DNA from: a virus
IMG/VR virus record: IMGVR_UViG_3300032282_005862
Span: 1 to 64,000 of that record
Direction: 5' to 3' (one strand)
Length of the DNA: 64,000 nt
Positions within the stretch are counted from its first letter, which is position 1; the number at the start of each line of letters is the position of its first letter. Positions 21,913 to 31,493 of the stretch are shown piece by piece. The notes beneath the pieces were generated by a model. It searched no databases. It was not told the origin of the DNA and worked only from the letters and a program-made list of their open reading frames with translations. Made by a program: the position numbers and the translations under genes.

Positions 21913-21999
21913 CGGAACGAGTAGGATTCGAACCTACGGATGGAGTAAACCATCGGAAATTTAGTAAATTTCTGCTTTAGACCTCTCAGCCATCGTTCC
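21913..21999 (-). tRNA. tRNA-Ser (anticodon ACU), no encoded CCA
   Basis: Acceptor GGAACGA/TCGTTCC, discriminator G, anticodon stem GAAAT/ATTTC with loop TT-ACT-AA, long variable arm GATGG/CCATC, T-arm GTAGG-TTCGAAT-CCTAC. Confidence 0.9.
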
Positions 22000-22476
22000 A
22001 GAATATCTCGCTTTCCTACCTTTGCCTTTATTTTTTCCTTTAAATGTCGGCAATAATGAATCACAATTATTACAAATAACTCTAAAGTTTGTTATGTCGA
22101 TATTTTGTGGATTTCCATCAATGTGATCACATACCAATGGTATTTTTTGATTTTGCCATTCTGTTAAACCACAGATCATGCATTTATTACCATATTTATA
22201 TATTAAATATTGTTTAACTGTTCTTCTTATTACTGCTTCACAAAATTGTTTATATTCTCCAGACTTTATTTGAGATAGTATTCGATTTAAAATTTTATTT
22301 GGAAATTTTTTATTTTTATTCCAAGCGATTGACCCTTTCTTTCTACCAGCTTTTGAGGATCTTATTCTTTTAACTCTATTTTTATTTTTAATACAACATA
22401 GCATATGAGAAACTAGTGAGCCTTTATTTAAAATTAATCTTTTACAAAATTTACAATTATTATTTTTATATTTCAT
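21961..22476 (-). CDS. HNH endonuclease between tRNA-Asn and tRNA-Ser
   Basis: CMICG...LVCDHIDGNPQN...NFRVICNNC; the 3' end overlaps tRNA-Ser. Confidence 0.85.
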   Translation of the reverse strand: MKYKNNNCKFCKRLILNKGSLVSHMLCCIKNKNRVKRIRSSKAGRKKGSIAWNKNKKFPNKILNRILSQIKSGEYKQFCEAVIRRTVKQYLIYKYGNKCMICGLTEWQNQKIPLVCDHIDGNPQNIDITNFRVICNNCDSLLPTFKGKNKGKGRKARYSGTMAERSKAEIY

Positions 22477-22482
22477 AAAATA

Positions 22483-22554
22483 CTGCCTAGCTAGGATTTG
22501 AACCTAGAACCACTTCCTTAACAGGGAAACACTCTACCATTGAGTTACTAGGCA
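22483..22554 (-). tRNA. tRNA-Asn (GUU), no encoded CCA
   Basis: TGCCTAG/CTAGGCA acceptor, D-arm ACTC/GAGT, loop CT-GTT-AA, T-arm CTAGG-TTCAAAT-CCTAG. Confidence 0.92.
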
Positions 22555-22559
22555 AAAAA

Positions 22560-23246
22560 TTAATCATTATTCTCTGCAACTTCATTTACATGATTTTTTA
22601 TTAAATTATATACTCTTATTTCCTCTGGATTAGCTTTTCTTTCAATCTTAGATAGATCATTGAATTTGTATTCTTTTAATTGATGATGCTTTAAATGATA
22701 TACTGGTTTGTTTGACAAAAAATCATTAGTAAATCTTATATATCTAAAAGGTAAATCTTCTCCTTTAATCTTATAAAGAGTTCCTAATACTGGTGGATCT
22801 TTTTGTTCTTCAAAAACTCCATCAATAAAATTTAATATTTTAATCCAGTTCATTTCAATATACCAAAAACTTTCAACATAACTAAACAGGAAACTAACAT
22901 ACCTATAAAACTACTGCAAGTTCTAATAATTTCAAGTTTATGGTTATGATGATCAACCCATATTTCAAATGGATCTCTTAGTTTTCCTTTCGCCAAAAGT
23001 TTCTTTTTTTGTTTTTTACTTAATTTTAGACTTGCAATTTCTTTTAGACTTGCCATTTTTATTACCCTTTTTTGGTTTGATGTATTTCCAAATTTTACCT
23101 TCTTTATCTAAATCTACGCTCCATAGCATAACTTTATTATAAAGTTTAAATCCAAATGAATAACATATAAATGTTCTGCTTATAGTATCTCCTATAACAT
23201 ATAGGATATAAGATAAAAATATCTTCATATTATATATTATATTCAT
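22560..23246 (-). other. three small hypothetical ORFs (22560..22853, 22850..23056, 23016..23246)
   Basis: Co-oriented overlapping ORFs; one has a C-terminal TM helix. Confidence 0.5.
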
Positions 23247-23280
23247 TTTTTAATAAAAAACAAGTGTAAATTTAATACAT

Positions 23281-23633
23281 ATATCATGTGGTACTCTACT
23301 TTCAGCTTATTATCCAGATTATCTTAAAACAATATTGATTCAAACATATTCTGGAAATGACGATGTATTTAAAGCTTGTGCTTGTGGTCTTAAAACTCCA
23401 ACTAATGATGAAGGTTGTCCTATTCTTGATGAGGATGGCAAGGTGGGGCTTTCCCATTTTGTTGCAATTCAGGAGCAGATGGAGTTGGAGATAATACAGA
23501 ATATCCTTTAAAACTTTCATTAAAACAAGCTATGCAGTTATACTGGAAAACCTGGACTTGGTTATTTTCTGGAATAGTTTCTGATACTAGTTCTTGTGGT
23601 GGCTGGACAATTAAATTTCCTTATTTAATATAA
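23281..23633 (+). pseudogene. relic of a Cys-rich protein + nucleotidyltransferase cassette
   Basis: Start mutated to ATA; reads SCGTLL...SGNDDVFKACACGLKTP...GCPILDEDGK; 1-nt frameshift near 23450; then FPFCC...GVGDNTEYPLKLSLKQAMQLYW; ends GWTIKFPYLI, matching the C-terminus of 24476..24916. Confidence 0.85.
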
Positions 23634-23637
23634 ATAA

Positions 23638-23651
23638 GTGTAATATTATAT
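23638..23651 (+). promoter_or_regulatory. GTGTAA promoter-like motif (example of ~15 copies)
   Basis: GTGTAA 8-11 nt before start codons at many genes on both strands. Confidence 0.65.
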
Positions 23652-24476
23652 ATGCCATGCAGTTTAGAATTAAAAAATAATATTCCAAAATATATTCAAG
23701 CTATTCTTGATGAAATTCTTGCTGGAAATGATGATGCATTAAAAGCTTGTGCTTGTAATCTTAAAGTTCCAGTTGGCAATGATGGATGTCCTGTAAAAGA
23801 TGAAGATGGCAAATTTGGTATATTTCCATTTTGTTGTTCTTTGGTAGAAGAAGGGGTAGGCGATAATACTAATTATCCTTTAAAATTAACATTAAAACAA
23901 GCTATGGATTTATATTGGAATACATCAAGTTGGAATTTAGATGCTGTAGCTAATTCAGCGGGTTGTTGTACTTATAATGGAATTTTTTCTGGTGGTGAGA
24001 GATATGAATTTAATGATCTCGAAAGAGAAGCCCCTCCGAAAAAAAATTTAGTATGTTTTAATTATTTTAATTATAAGGCTGGAGCGCAAGTAACGGCTTG
24101 TTGCCCGGTGCCGGGAAATCCAGAACCTGTATGCTCTACATCAAGTTCAGAACCTATTGTTCTTACTCTTTTTGAAAATTTGGATGCAATGAGATATAAA
24201 AAAGAAGGAAACATTTATTATTTTTATCCACATTTAACTATCGCTATTGGAGTTTATGCTATATGCGCAGCTCATACAAAGTCGGCTGCATCAGAATGTC
24301 TTTCAAGTTATCTTGGCGGTCAGGATAATGGTACAGCTACGGTTAATGTAAAAATTTTAGGAAAAGCTGCGGAAGGTCCCTTAAAACTTTATCAAAAATT
24401 ATTTGTGCCCACAAACGCGCCAGGATCATGTGGTTTTAGTGGAAATGTTGGGATTAATAAATTAGAGTTTATTTAA
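23652..24476 (+). CDS. Cys-rich protein, family member A
   Basis: N-terminus MPCSL...PKYIQAILDEILAGNDDALKACACNLKVPV...DGCPVKDEDGK...FPFCC is shared with 35159..35920. Confidence 0.8.
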   Translation: MPCSLELKNNIPKYIQAILDEILAGNDDALKACACNLKVPVGNDGCPVKDEDGKFGIFPFCCSLVEEGVGDNTNYPLKLTLKQAMDLYWNTSSWNLDAVANSAGCCTYNGIFSGGERYEFNDLEREAPPKKNLVCFNYFNYKAGAQVTACCPVPGNPEPVCSTSSSEPIVLTLFENLDAMRYKKEGNIYYFYPHLTIAIGVYAICAAHTKSAASECLSSYLGGQDNGTATVNVKILGKAAEGPLKLYQKLFVPTNAPGSCGFSGNVGINKLEFI

Positions 24477-24916
24477 TGTTTGATCATCAATTTATAATAA
24501 ATACTATTATAGAAAATAATGGCATTATAATCGGTGGATATATAAGAGAATGGTTGGGAAATGGAAAACCTATGGATTTTGGATGGAATGATATAGATAT
24601 ACGATGTGACGAAAATTCTAAAAAAAAAATAAAAAAAGAAATTGACGCTTTATATCCTAATTTAAAATTAGATTTTTCTCCAAGTGAATTCTCTGGATAT
24701 AGAAGTCCATATACTTGTAATCTGATACAATATGATGGTGAATTCAAAACTGTAAAATATATTGGTGAAAAAGATTATGTAAATTTAACAAAAAATAAAG
24801 AATGTATTTTTTTAAAACAAACTGGCGTAGGCAGAAAATTAAATTTTGAAAAAAGATTAATTAATGACGGCTGGAAAATTGAATTTCCTTATTTATTATT
24901 TAAATTTAAATATTGA
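24476..24916 (+). CDS. minimal nucleotidyltransferase, CCA-adding/poly(A) polymerase head-like
   Basis: IIIGGYIREWL...NDIDI (GGxxR...DxD) and YTCNLI (degenerate DFTxN). Confidence 0.7.
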   Translation: MFDHQFIINTIIENNGIIIGGYIREWLGNGKPMDFGWNDIDIRCDENSKKKIKKEIDALYPNLKLDFSPSEFSGYRSPYTCNLIQYDGEFKTVKYIGEKDYVNLTKNKECIFLKQTGVGRKLNFEKRLINDGWKIEFPYLLFKFKY

Positions 24917-24949
24917 TTATCTATTATATATTAAATATAATAAAAATAA

Positions 24950-25021
24950 GCCAGAATAGCACAGCGGTAGTGCAACGGTTTTGTAAACCGTAGGTCATCG
25001 GTTCGAATCCGATTTCTGGCT
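24950..25021 (+). tRNA. tRNA-Thr (UGU), no encoded CCA
   Basis: GCCAGAA/TTCTGGC acceptor, GCAC/GTGC D-stem, ACGGT-TTTGTAA-ACCGT, ATCGG-TTCGAAT-CCGAT. Confidence 0.95.
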
Positions 25022-25254
25022 CTTATTTTCTCTTTTTTGGAATAAAATAAACTATTGCTTCATCACCATATACTTGAAATGATTTTAATTTATAATTTTT
25101 ATTTTGTAGCATTTTATTTAATTCATTAATATATTCACTTTTCATATAAACTATAATTTTATCATTATCTTTAGAATCTATACCATATTCATCTGCAAAT
25201 TCAGAACAAATAGCCAATGCTTCGCTTAGATTACTCACGTAATAGTTTACACTA

Positions 25255-26247
25255 TTAAATTAAAGATTTATTTCCAGAGAAAATTATTTCAATATACTCA
25301 TTTAATATGTGATTTATTTGAGATCTTATAAAAGATTCCATTGCTTGTAATGTGTTAAATTTATAAAGATTATTATTTTGGAATAATTTATAAGTATGTA
25401 TTTTTTCAAGAATATCACATTTATTTATTATTAATTTATTGACTCCAGAAATTTTAATTGCGTCTATCAGTTTATTTAAATTTAGCCAATTAACTATCCT
25501 TTTTCTACCAGTTGTAGAACCAAACTCTTGACCAATTTCTATTAGCATATTTAATTCATCATCTTGCCAAAGTGATTCTGGAAATAATGGATCTACTCCA
25601 CTTTTTGTATCATAAATTTTAGCTACACCAATAATATCTCTAATTTTTTTAGGACTAAAACCTAATGAACAAGCAGAATAAGGCAAAGTTTCACTACTTG
25701 TAACATAAGGATAATCTCCATAATTTAAATCTAACCAAAAACTTTGTGCGCCTTCACATAGAATATTGCCATAGAGTTCGCCATTCCAAATATATTGTTT
25801 ATCTAAATAATTTCCTGCTAATTTGCCTATTCTTAGGGCTTTATCTGCATATGCTGGTGCAATTCCCTGTCCAGTTGTACCTAATTTTGGTTTTAAAAAT
25901 TTAAGATCATATTGAATATGTCTTTCAGTAATAATATGTGCTTTTGGACTTACTTTAATTAAAGAAGTATCAAATCCTTCTCTTTTAAGATAATCTATTT
26001 CATCAAAAAATTTATCAATATTGATAACACAATTTGGACCAATGACGCTAAGTTTATTTTGAAATACTCCACAAGGAATAATATGAGTTTTATATTTTTT
26101 ATCATTAATATAGACTGTATGACCTGCATTTGGTCCACCATTCCAACGACAAATAATATCATAATTTTTGCTAATAGCATTACTTATTTTACCTTTCCCT
26201 TCATCTCCCCAAGCTAATCCAAATATAATATCTACATTATTAACCAT
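25255..26247 (-). CDS. purA: adenylosuccinate synthetase (short form)
   Basis: WGDEGKGK, GGPNAGHT, LGTTGQGIAPAYADK, EGAQ, YPYVTSS, EFGSTTGRKR, NKCD. Confidence 0.95.
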   Translation of the reverse strand: MVNNVDIIFGLAWGDEGKGKISNAISKNYDIICRWNGGPNAGHTVYINDKKYKTHIIPCGVFQNKLSVIGPNCVINIDKFFDEIDYLKREGFDTSLIKVSPKAHIITERHIQYDLKFLKPKLGTTGQGIAPAYADKALRIGKLAGNYLDKQYIWNGELYGNILCEGAQSFWLDLNYGDYPYVTSSETLPYSACSLGFSPKKIRDIIGVAKIYDTKSGVDPLFPESLWQDDELNMLIEIGQEFGSTTGRKRIVNWLNLNKLIDAIKISGVNKLIINKCDILEKIHTYKLFQNNNLYKFNTLQAMESFIRSQINHILNEYIEIIFSGNKSLI

Positions 26248-26285
26248 CAGTACTATAATACCTATATATTAAAATAATGTAAAGA

Positions 26286-26618
26286 TTATTTTTTATTTAT
26301 TAAATGTTGTTGTATAATATCAAAATTACGATCTAATTTTTGTTCTATTCTATCAAAATAATCATCAAAAGATTCTTTTGTAACATAAGTTGTGCTAATT
26401 TTTAAAGCTAAATCTGCTATTTCTTGTTGATGTTTTCTTCCTTCTAATTCCATTTCTTTTCTTAAAGTAATAAAATCACTAAAAGTCTTATCATTAATGT
26501 CTTTAACTAATTTTTCTTGCTTATCAAAAAGGGAGAAAACTCTGGTAAATAACCATCCACCTAAAAAGGATAATGCTCCTAAAATAAGATTAAAAAGTAA
26601 GGTAATATCTAAATTCAC
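26286..26618 (-). CDS. N-terminal TM + coiled-coil protein (possible holin/lysis-type)
   Basis: One N-terminal hydrophobic helix followed by heptad repeats; GTGTAA motif upstream. Confidence 0.5.
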   Translation of the reverse strand: MNLDITLLFNLILGALSFLGGWLFTRVFSLFDKQEKLVKDINDKTFSDFITLRKEMELEGRKHQQEIADLALKISTTYVTKESFDDYFDRIEQKLDRNFDIIQQHLINKK

Positions 26619-26647
26619 ATAGATATTTACACTCTATTTAATAGATA

Positions 26648-27712
26648 TTATAGCTTTAAATCACCAAAATCATCATCAGAAATATCAGTTTTCCTTGCGC
26701 CTACTTTATAACTAGAAATCTCTGTTTCTTGAGGTGCTACCTGCACTTTACTGCTATCTAGATAACTATCCAACCATCCAGATATAGGATTATCTTTTTG
26801 ATTAAAAATCTTCTTATATCCAAGACTTCTTAGCCTAGAATCACATAGCCATTTAGAATAACCATCTAATACTTCTGCATTTAAACCTAGCAGACTACCT
26901 CTACTAAATAAATATTTAGACCATTCACTTTCATTTTTAGCTGCTTGTTCATAAAAAGCGTATATCTTATCTTCACTTTTTTTAACTATACTAGTAAATC
27001 CTTCTTTATCTTCCTCTTTTAAAATTTTAAGTAAATTTTGGCTAACTGCAAAATGTAATGCTTCATCTCTTTGAATAAATTTAATGATTTTAGAATTACC
27101 TTCCATCTTACCTCTATAACCAAAATAAAAAGAACAAGCAAAAGAAACATAAAATACAAGACCTTCCATTACATTAATAGAAAGAATTGCATCAAAAATC
27201 TTTTGTTTAGGATCTTTCTTTTCATCATCACCGAGAATCTTATCAAAATTATTTCTAATCAATTCGGCGCGACTTGTAATCTCTTTATCTTCCATAATAC
27301 TATCAAAGAATTTAGTGGCATCTGGATAAACATTATTTAAAAGATAAGAATAAGAATAACTATGAATACCCTCAAATTGTGCCCAAGTATTCATACAAAT
27401 TTCAAGTTCTGGATTACTTACATAATCTTTAAGAGAATGAATGCTACGAGAAAGCATACTATCTCCTAATGTTTGAAATCTAAGATTACTATCAAATACA
27501 AATCTTTCAGTATCAGTTAAATTTTTATAATCGCTTCTATCCTTACCTAATGCTATTTCGTGAGGCCACCAAAAATTTTCATTTTGTTTCTTGAATAATT
27601 CAAAAAATATAGGATATTTAAATCTATCATATCTTTGGAGATTCAAATCTTCGCCAAGAAATAATGGTTGTTTGGTAGTATCTACATTTTTGAAATTTAA
27701 AACTGTTTTCAT
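26648..27712 (-). CDS. nrdB: ribonucleotide reductase class Ia beta subunit
   Basis: FWWPHEI, FQTLGDS, EGIHSYSY, EGLVFYVSF, RDEALH, VAPQETEISSY. Confidence 0.97.
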   Translation of the reverse strand: MKTVLNFKNVDTTKQPLFLGEDLNLQRYDRFKYPIFFELFKKQNENFWWPHEIALGKDRSDYKNLTDTERFVFDSNLRFQTLGDSMLSRSIHSLKDYVSNPELEICMNTWAQFEGIHSYSYSYLLNNVYPDATKFFDSIMEDKEITSRAELIRNNFDKILGDDEKKDPKQKIFDAILSINVMEGLVFYVSFACSFYFGYRGKMEGNSKIIKFIQRDEALHFAVSQNLLKILKEEDKEGFTSIVKKSEDKIYAFYEQAAKNESEWSKYLFSRGSLLGLNAEVLDGYSKWLCDSRLRSLGYKKIFNQKDNPISGWLDSYLDSSKVQVAPQETEISSYKVGARKTDISDDDFGDLKL

Positions 27713-27715
27713 AGA

Positions 27716-29977
27716 TTATAATTTGCAAGCTCCACTAGAGCAGTCTCTATCTTCTTTTTGATTTAAGGATTGTTCTTTATCTCCATCATCTGTATTATTA
27801 TAATATAAACTAATTAGTCCAAGACTATATGCATATATAATTTCTTTCATGACTTTTGCATCTGGAAGAATATTATTTTCATAATGGCTATAATTATAGT
27901 ATACATTAGTTGATATTGCCATGTCAATATATTTTTGAATTACTGCGTTGATTTTAAGTAATCCAGTATTATCTTTTAGATCATATGCCAATTCATAGTT
28001 CTCATCATATTTTCCAATTCCTGGAACCATAACTGGAAGTTTTCCCATTTTGCTAGTTTTATAAGTAATGAGGCTACGAATAGGCTCGACTCCATTTGTT
28101 GAGCATTGAATTACCGAACTACTCTCACAAGGCATACAAGAAGATAATGTAGAATGCCTTAATCCAAATTCTTTAATGTCTTTTCTTAATTTATCCCAAT
28201 CAAGAGATAACTTTCTTTTAACTATTTCATCTACTTTGTCTTTATATGTATCAATAGGTAAAATACCTTTAGCATATTTAGTCCTATCAAATTTTTCACA
28301 CTTACCTTTTTCTTTAGCTAATTCAACGCTACTCTCTAATAGATAGTATTGAAAATGCTCCATCCATTCATCAACTACAGATAGTGATTTATCTGAACTA
28401 TATTTTAATTCATTCTTTGCTAAGAAAGCCGCAAGATTTGTAATTCCAACTCCAAGGCTTCTTCTTTTTTTAGCAAAATTTTCAGCAGCAATATTAAAAT
28501 AATCTTGAAGCTCAATGATTTCGTCTAGAAATCTTACGATAAGATCGCAAGTCTTTTCAAGATCCTGCCAGTTTTTTATTTCTAGCATATTTACTGCCGA
28601 AAGAATACACATTCCAATTTCACCTTCTTTATCGTGATAATCATTTAATGGAATAGTTGGATGAATAACTTCTGTACAAAGATTACTCATTGTAACTTTA
28701 TCTAACCATGCTCCGTGATTGTTTGCATGATCTACATTTAGAATATAAATTCTACCAGTTTCAACTCTTTCTTTAATAATAAGAGAAAATAATTTACGAG
28801 CAGATATTTTCTTTTTAATCTTTAATTTTTTAGATTCACACTCTTTATATACTTTATCAAAGTCTTTAGTTCCCCATGCTTCGTAAAGTTCTGGAACTTC
28901 GGCATTATTAAATAGAGTAACATCTTCATCTTTTAATACTCTATCATAGAATAATTTACTCATTCCAACTGTATAATCAAGTTTGCGAACTCTATTATCA
29001 TCTGTTCCTGCATTATTTTTTAATACAACAATATCTTCAATTTCATAATGCCACCATTGAATGTTACAAGTTGCACTTCCACCTCGTAGTCCATTTTGTT
29101 GCCAAGCCTTTACGCTACTTTCATAGATTTTTAAAAATGGAATTAAACCAGTATGAACAACTTCTCCATTCTTAATAGGAGAACCAATTGCTCTAATTTT
29201 ACTTACATCAATACCAATTCCACATCTATTAGCAGTAGCCATACTAACAGCGGTAGCACTAGCTGTAATGCTATCTTTTGTATCATCTACTCCAATTAAG
29301 CAACAACTAGCATAATTTCTGCTAGATGTTCTAACTCCTGCCATTACTGGTGTTGGAAGATTAATTTTATGTTTACTAATAGCATCATAAAATTTTCTAA
29401 CATAAGAAAGTCTCGTCTCTGCTGGATATTTTGCAAAAGCATAAGCTGAAATTAAGATATAAGCGAATTGAGGCGTTTCGTAAATTTGACCAGTAGTTCT
29501 ATTCTTAATCAAATATTTATCGCAAAGCTGCTTGATTCCAGCATAAGTAAAAATAAAATCTCTATCGTGATCAATAAATTCTCCAATCTTATTTATTTCA
29601 TCTTCTGAATAGTGATTCAAAATACTTGAGTCATAAACTTTATTTTTAATATTTTGGTTTAAAAACTCTGATAATCTAGGAGCATGTTTACCTTTCCAAA
29701 CATCTTTTCTAAGTTGGTAGTTTAATAATCTTGCTGCGACATATTGATAATTTGGTTTTTCTATGGAAATTAAATTAGCTGCGCTTTCAATTAAGAGGTT
29801 ATGAATTTCTTTTGTATTAATTCCATCATGGATATTAATCTTAGCGTTAATTTCAATATCTGTTAAACTAACTCCACTATAACCATCAATTGCCCAGTTA
29901 ATTACTTTGTTTATTTTTTCTATATTAAACTTTTCTGTAGAACCATTTCTTTTTTTAACATTTGTATTTTTATTCAT
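27716..29977 (-). CDS. nrdA: ribonucleotide reductase class Ia alpha subunit with ATP cone
   Basis: VKKRNG ATP cone, ASCCL, SNLCTE, CILS, SLYY, C-terminal CSSGACKL. Confidence 0.97.
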   Translation of the reverse strand: MNKNTNVKKRNGSTEKFNIEKINKVINWAIDGYSGVSLTDIEINAKINIHDGINTKEIHNLLIESAANLISIEKPNYQYVAARLLNYQLRKDVWKGKHAPRLSEFLNQNIKNKVYDSSILNHYSEDEINKIGEFIDHDRDFIFTYAGIKQLCDKYLIKNRTTGQIYETPQFAYILISAYAFAKYPAETRLSYVRKFYDAISKHKINLPTPVMAGVRTSSRNYASCCLIGVDDTKDSITASATAVSMATANRCGIGIDVSKIRAIGSPIKNGEVVHTGLIPFLKIYESSVKAWQQNGLRGGSATCNIQWWHYEIEDIVVLKNNAGTDDNRVRKLDYTVGMSKLFYDRVLKDEDVTLFNNAEVPELYEAWGTKDFDKVYKECESKKLKIKKKISARKLFSLIIKERVETGRIYILNVDHANNHGAWLDKVTMSNLCTEVIHPTIPLNDYHDKEGEIGMCILSAVNMLEIKNWQDLEKTCDLIVRFLDEIIELQDYFNIAAENFAKKRRSLGVGITNLAAFLAKNELKYSSDKSLSVVDEWMEHFQYYLLESSVELAKEKGKCEKFDRTKYAKGILPIDTYKDKVDEIVKRKLSLDWDKLRKDIKEFGLRHSTLSSCMPCESSSVIQCSTNGVEPIRSLITYKTSKMGKLPVMVPGIGKYDENYELAYDLKDNTGLLKINAVIQKYIDMAISTNVYYNYSHYENNILPDAKVMKEIIYAYSLGLISLYYNNTDDGDKEQSLNQKEDRDCSSGACKL

Positions 29978-30053
29978 AATGTAACTAGCGCAAAAACTAT
30001 ATTACATTATTTTTTAAACTAAAGAAAGAAAATTTTTAAACTTTATTAACAAT

Positions 30054-30407
30054 TCAGTCAGAATGTTTTTTTGGGTGTACTCTGCCTTTTCTTTTTTTGC
30101 TCCAATCTTCGTAATACTTTTTCTTTACTGGATCTTGACCACCATAGATTTTTTTTCTTTTTTCAGAAAGCTCTGCACTTCTATCCCAAAGATCACCAAT
30201 TGAACCTTTTTGATTTTTTGTATATTCTGCAAATTGTTTATCTGTTGCATCCGCTTTTAATGTACCTTGTGTATTAACTTCTGGAACTGTAAAAACTCTT
30301 TTCCATTCTATTCCATCTTTATCAATAAATATATGCTTATCATGCACAGATTGCACAACATCTATTGTTTCTTCAGTTTCTGGATGGATATAAGTATACA
30401 ATGGCAT
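30054..30407 (-). CDS. FmdB-like small protein lacking the zinc-ribbon cysteines
   Basis: MPLYTY N-terminus of FmdB family proteins, without CxxC. Confidence 0.5.
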   Translation of the reverse strand: MPLYTYIHPETEETIDVVQSVHDKHIFIDKDGIEWKRVFTVPEVNTQGTLKADATDKQFAEYTKNQKGSIGDLWDRSAELSEKRKKIYGGQDPVKKKYYEDWSKKRKGRVHPKKHSD

Positions 30408-31493
30408 TTATTTTAAATGAGAGATTATATTTTCAACAAATTTTTCAGATGTAAATTCTTCTTGAAGTTTTAAACCTTCTTTATTAGTATTATTCTCTTT
30501 GACCTTTTCTATAGCTTCTTCACAGGCAGCGATAAATTCATTACCATCAAAATCATAAATATTGCCTTGATTAAAAGATCCACCTTTGGGAAAAAATATT
30601 CCATCATAAGCTTCTATTTTAGAATTAGGTTCTACTAGAATACTATTATTTTTATTTGCCCAAGATTTATAACCATGAGCATTCATTATAATTCCATATT
30701 TACCCATAGCAACAGAATGAAATTCTGGTAAACCCCATCCTTCTGCGCCACTCATGCCAATAATTACATTAGCACTATTTAAGTAATCATTGTAAATTTT
30801 ATTTTGCCCCATGAATGGTAAGAAATTTATATTGAAATAATTTTTACCTTCTAAGACTTGAGATAATAAAGTATTTTGATCCTCTTGTTTCATGAATGGA
30901 TTAAAAATACAGCATTGAAGTGCATATCTTTTATCATTACCAAATTTATTAGCCCAAAGTTTAATTAATTTAAGGTGATGTTTTCTTTTTTCTAGTTTAC
31001 CTACTAGATTAAAAACAATTCTATCATCTGTAAAATATGTTTTTTCTATTCTATTAAAATTATATTTATCAAATGCTAATGGAATATATTCTACATTATT
31101 ACAACCAAGACTATTGAATAGTTCGACTGTTTCTCTTGAAGAAAAAAGAACTTTATTATTATTTTTTACAATATTTAATTCTATTTTTGTTGGTTGATCT
31201 AATTCATAAAAACTAAGTAAAACTTGTTCATTCGAAAAACTTTCAAATGAACCATTCAAATGCCATAATTTAAATAATTTATTCTTTCTATTAAAGGTTT
31301 CAAGAGAAGAATTAATTGATTGTTGTAACCAATTAGCGAATTCTTGAGTTAAATCTGATTGAGTAGATAAATCAATATTACCCATAGGTAAAATACCTAC
31401 ATTAACTTTAGAATTATATAGTTCTCTAAGAATTAATGTAGATACTTGACCAAAACTTACTGAATTTATTGGTAAGTTAAACGCTAAACTCAT
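30408..31493 (-). CDS. GT-B glycosyltransferase (GT4-like)
   Basis: VGKLEKRK and EGWGLPEFHSVAMGK (ExxGL donor-binding motif). Confidence 0.8.
   Translation of the reverse strand: MSLAFNLPINSVSFGQVSTLILRELYNSKVNVGILPMGNIDLSTQSDLTQEFANWLQQSINSSLETFNRKNKLFKLWHLNGSFESFSNEQVLLSFYELDQPTKIELNIVKNNNKVLFSSRETVELFNSLGCNNVEYIPLAFDKYNFNRIEKTYFTDDRIVFNLVGKLEKRKHHLKLIKLWANKFGNDKRYALQCCIFNPFMKQEDQNTLLSQVLEGKNYFNINFLPFMGQNKIYNDYLNSANVIIGMSGAEGWGLPEFHSVAMGKYGIIMNAHGYKSWANKNNSILVEPNSKIEAYDGIFFPKGGSFNQGNIYDFDGNEFIAACEEAIEKVKENNTNKEGLKLQEEFTSEKFVENIISHLK

Noticed and set aside
21961-21967. Amber suppressor tRNA (CUA) and stop-codon recoding
   Set aside because: The 5-bp stem fixes the loop as TT-ACT-AA, so the anticodon is ACT; long genes are intact in code 11 and TAG/TGA end real genes
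23302-23520. 72-aa minus-strand ORF from the track
   Set aside because: Antisense shadow of the plus-strand cassette relic
25255-26247. PurZ / 2-aminoadenine (Z) genome system, given PurA-like and MazG-like genes
   Set aside because: The catalytic motif is GDEGKG with Asp as in PurA, not the Ser of PurZ; no DatZ-like HD hydrolase is seen and mazG is 25 kb away
26648-29977. Introns or inteins in nrdAB (also checked recA, dnaB, thyX)
   Set aside because: ORFs are continuous and of normal length with no intein splice motifs
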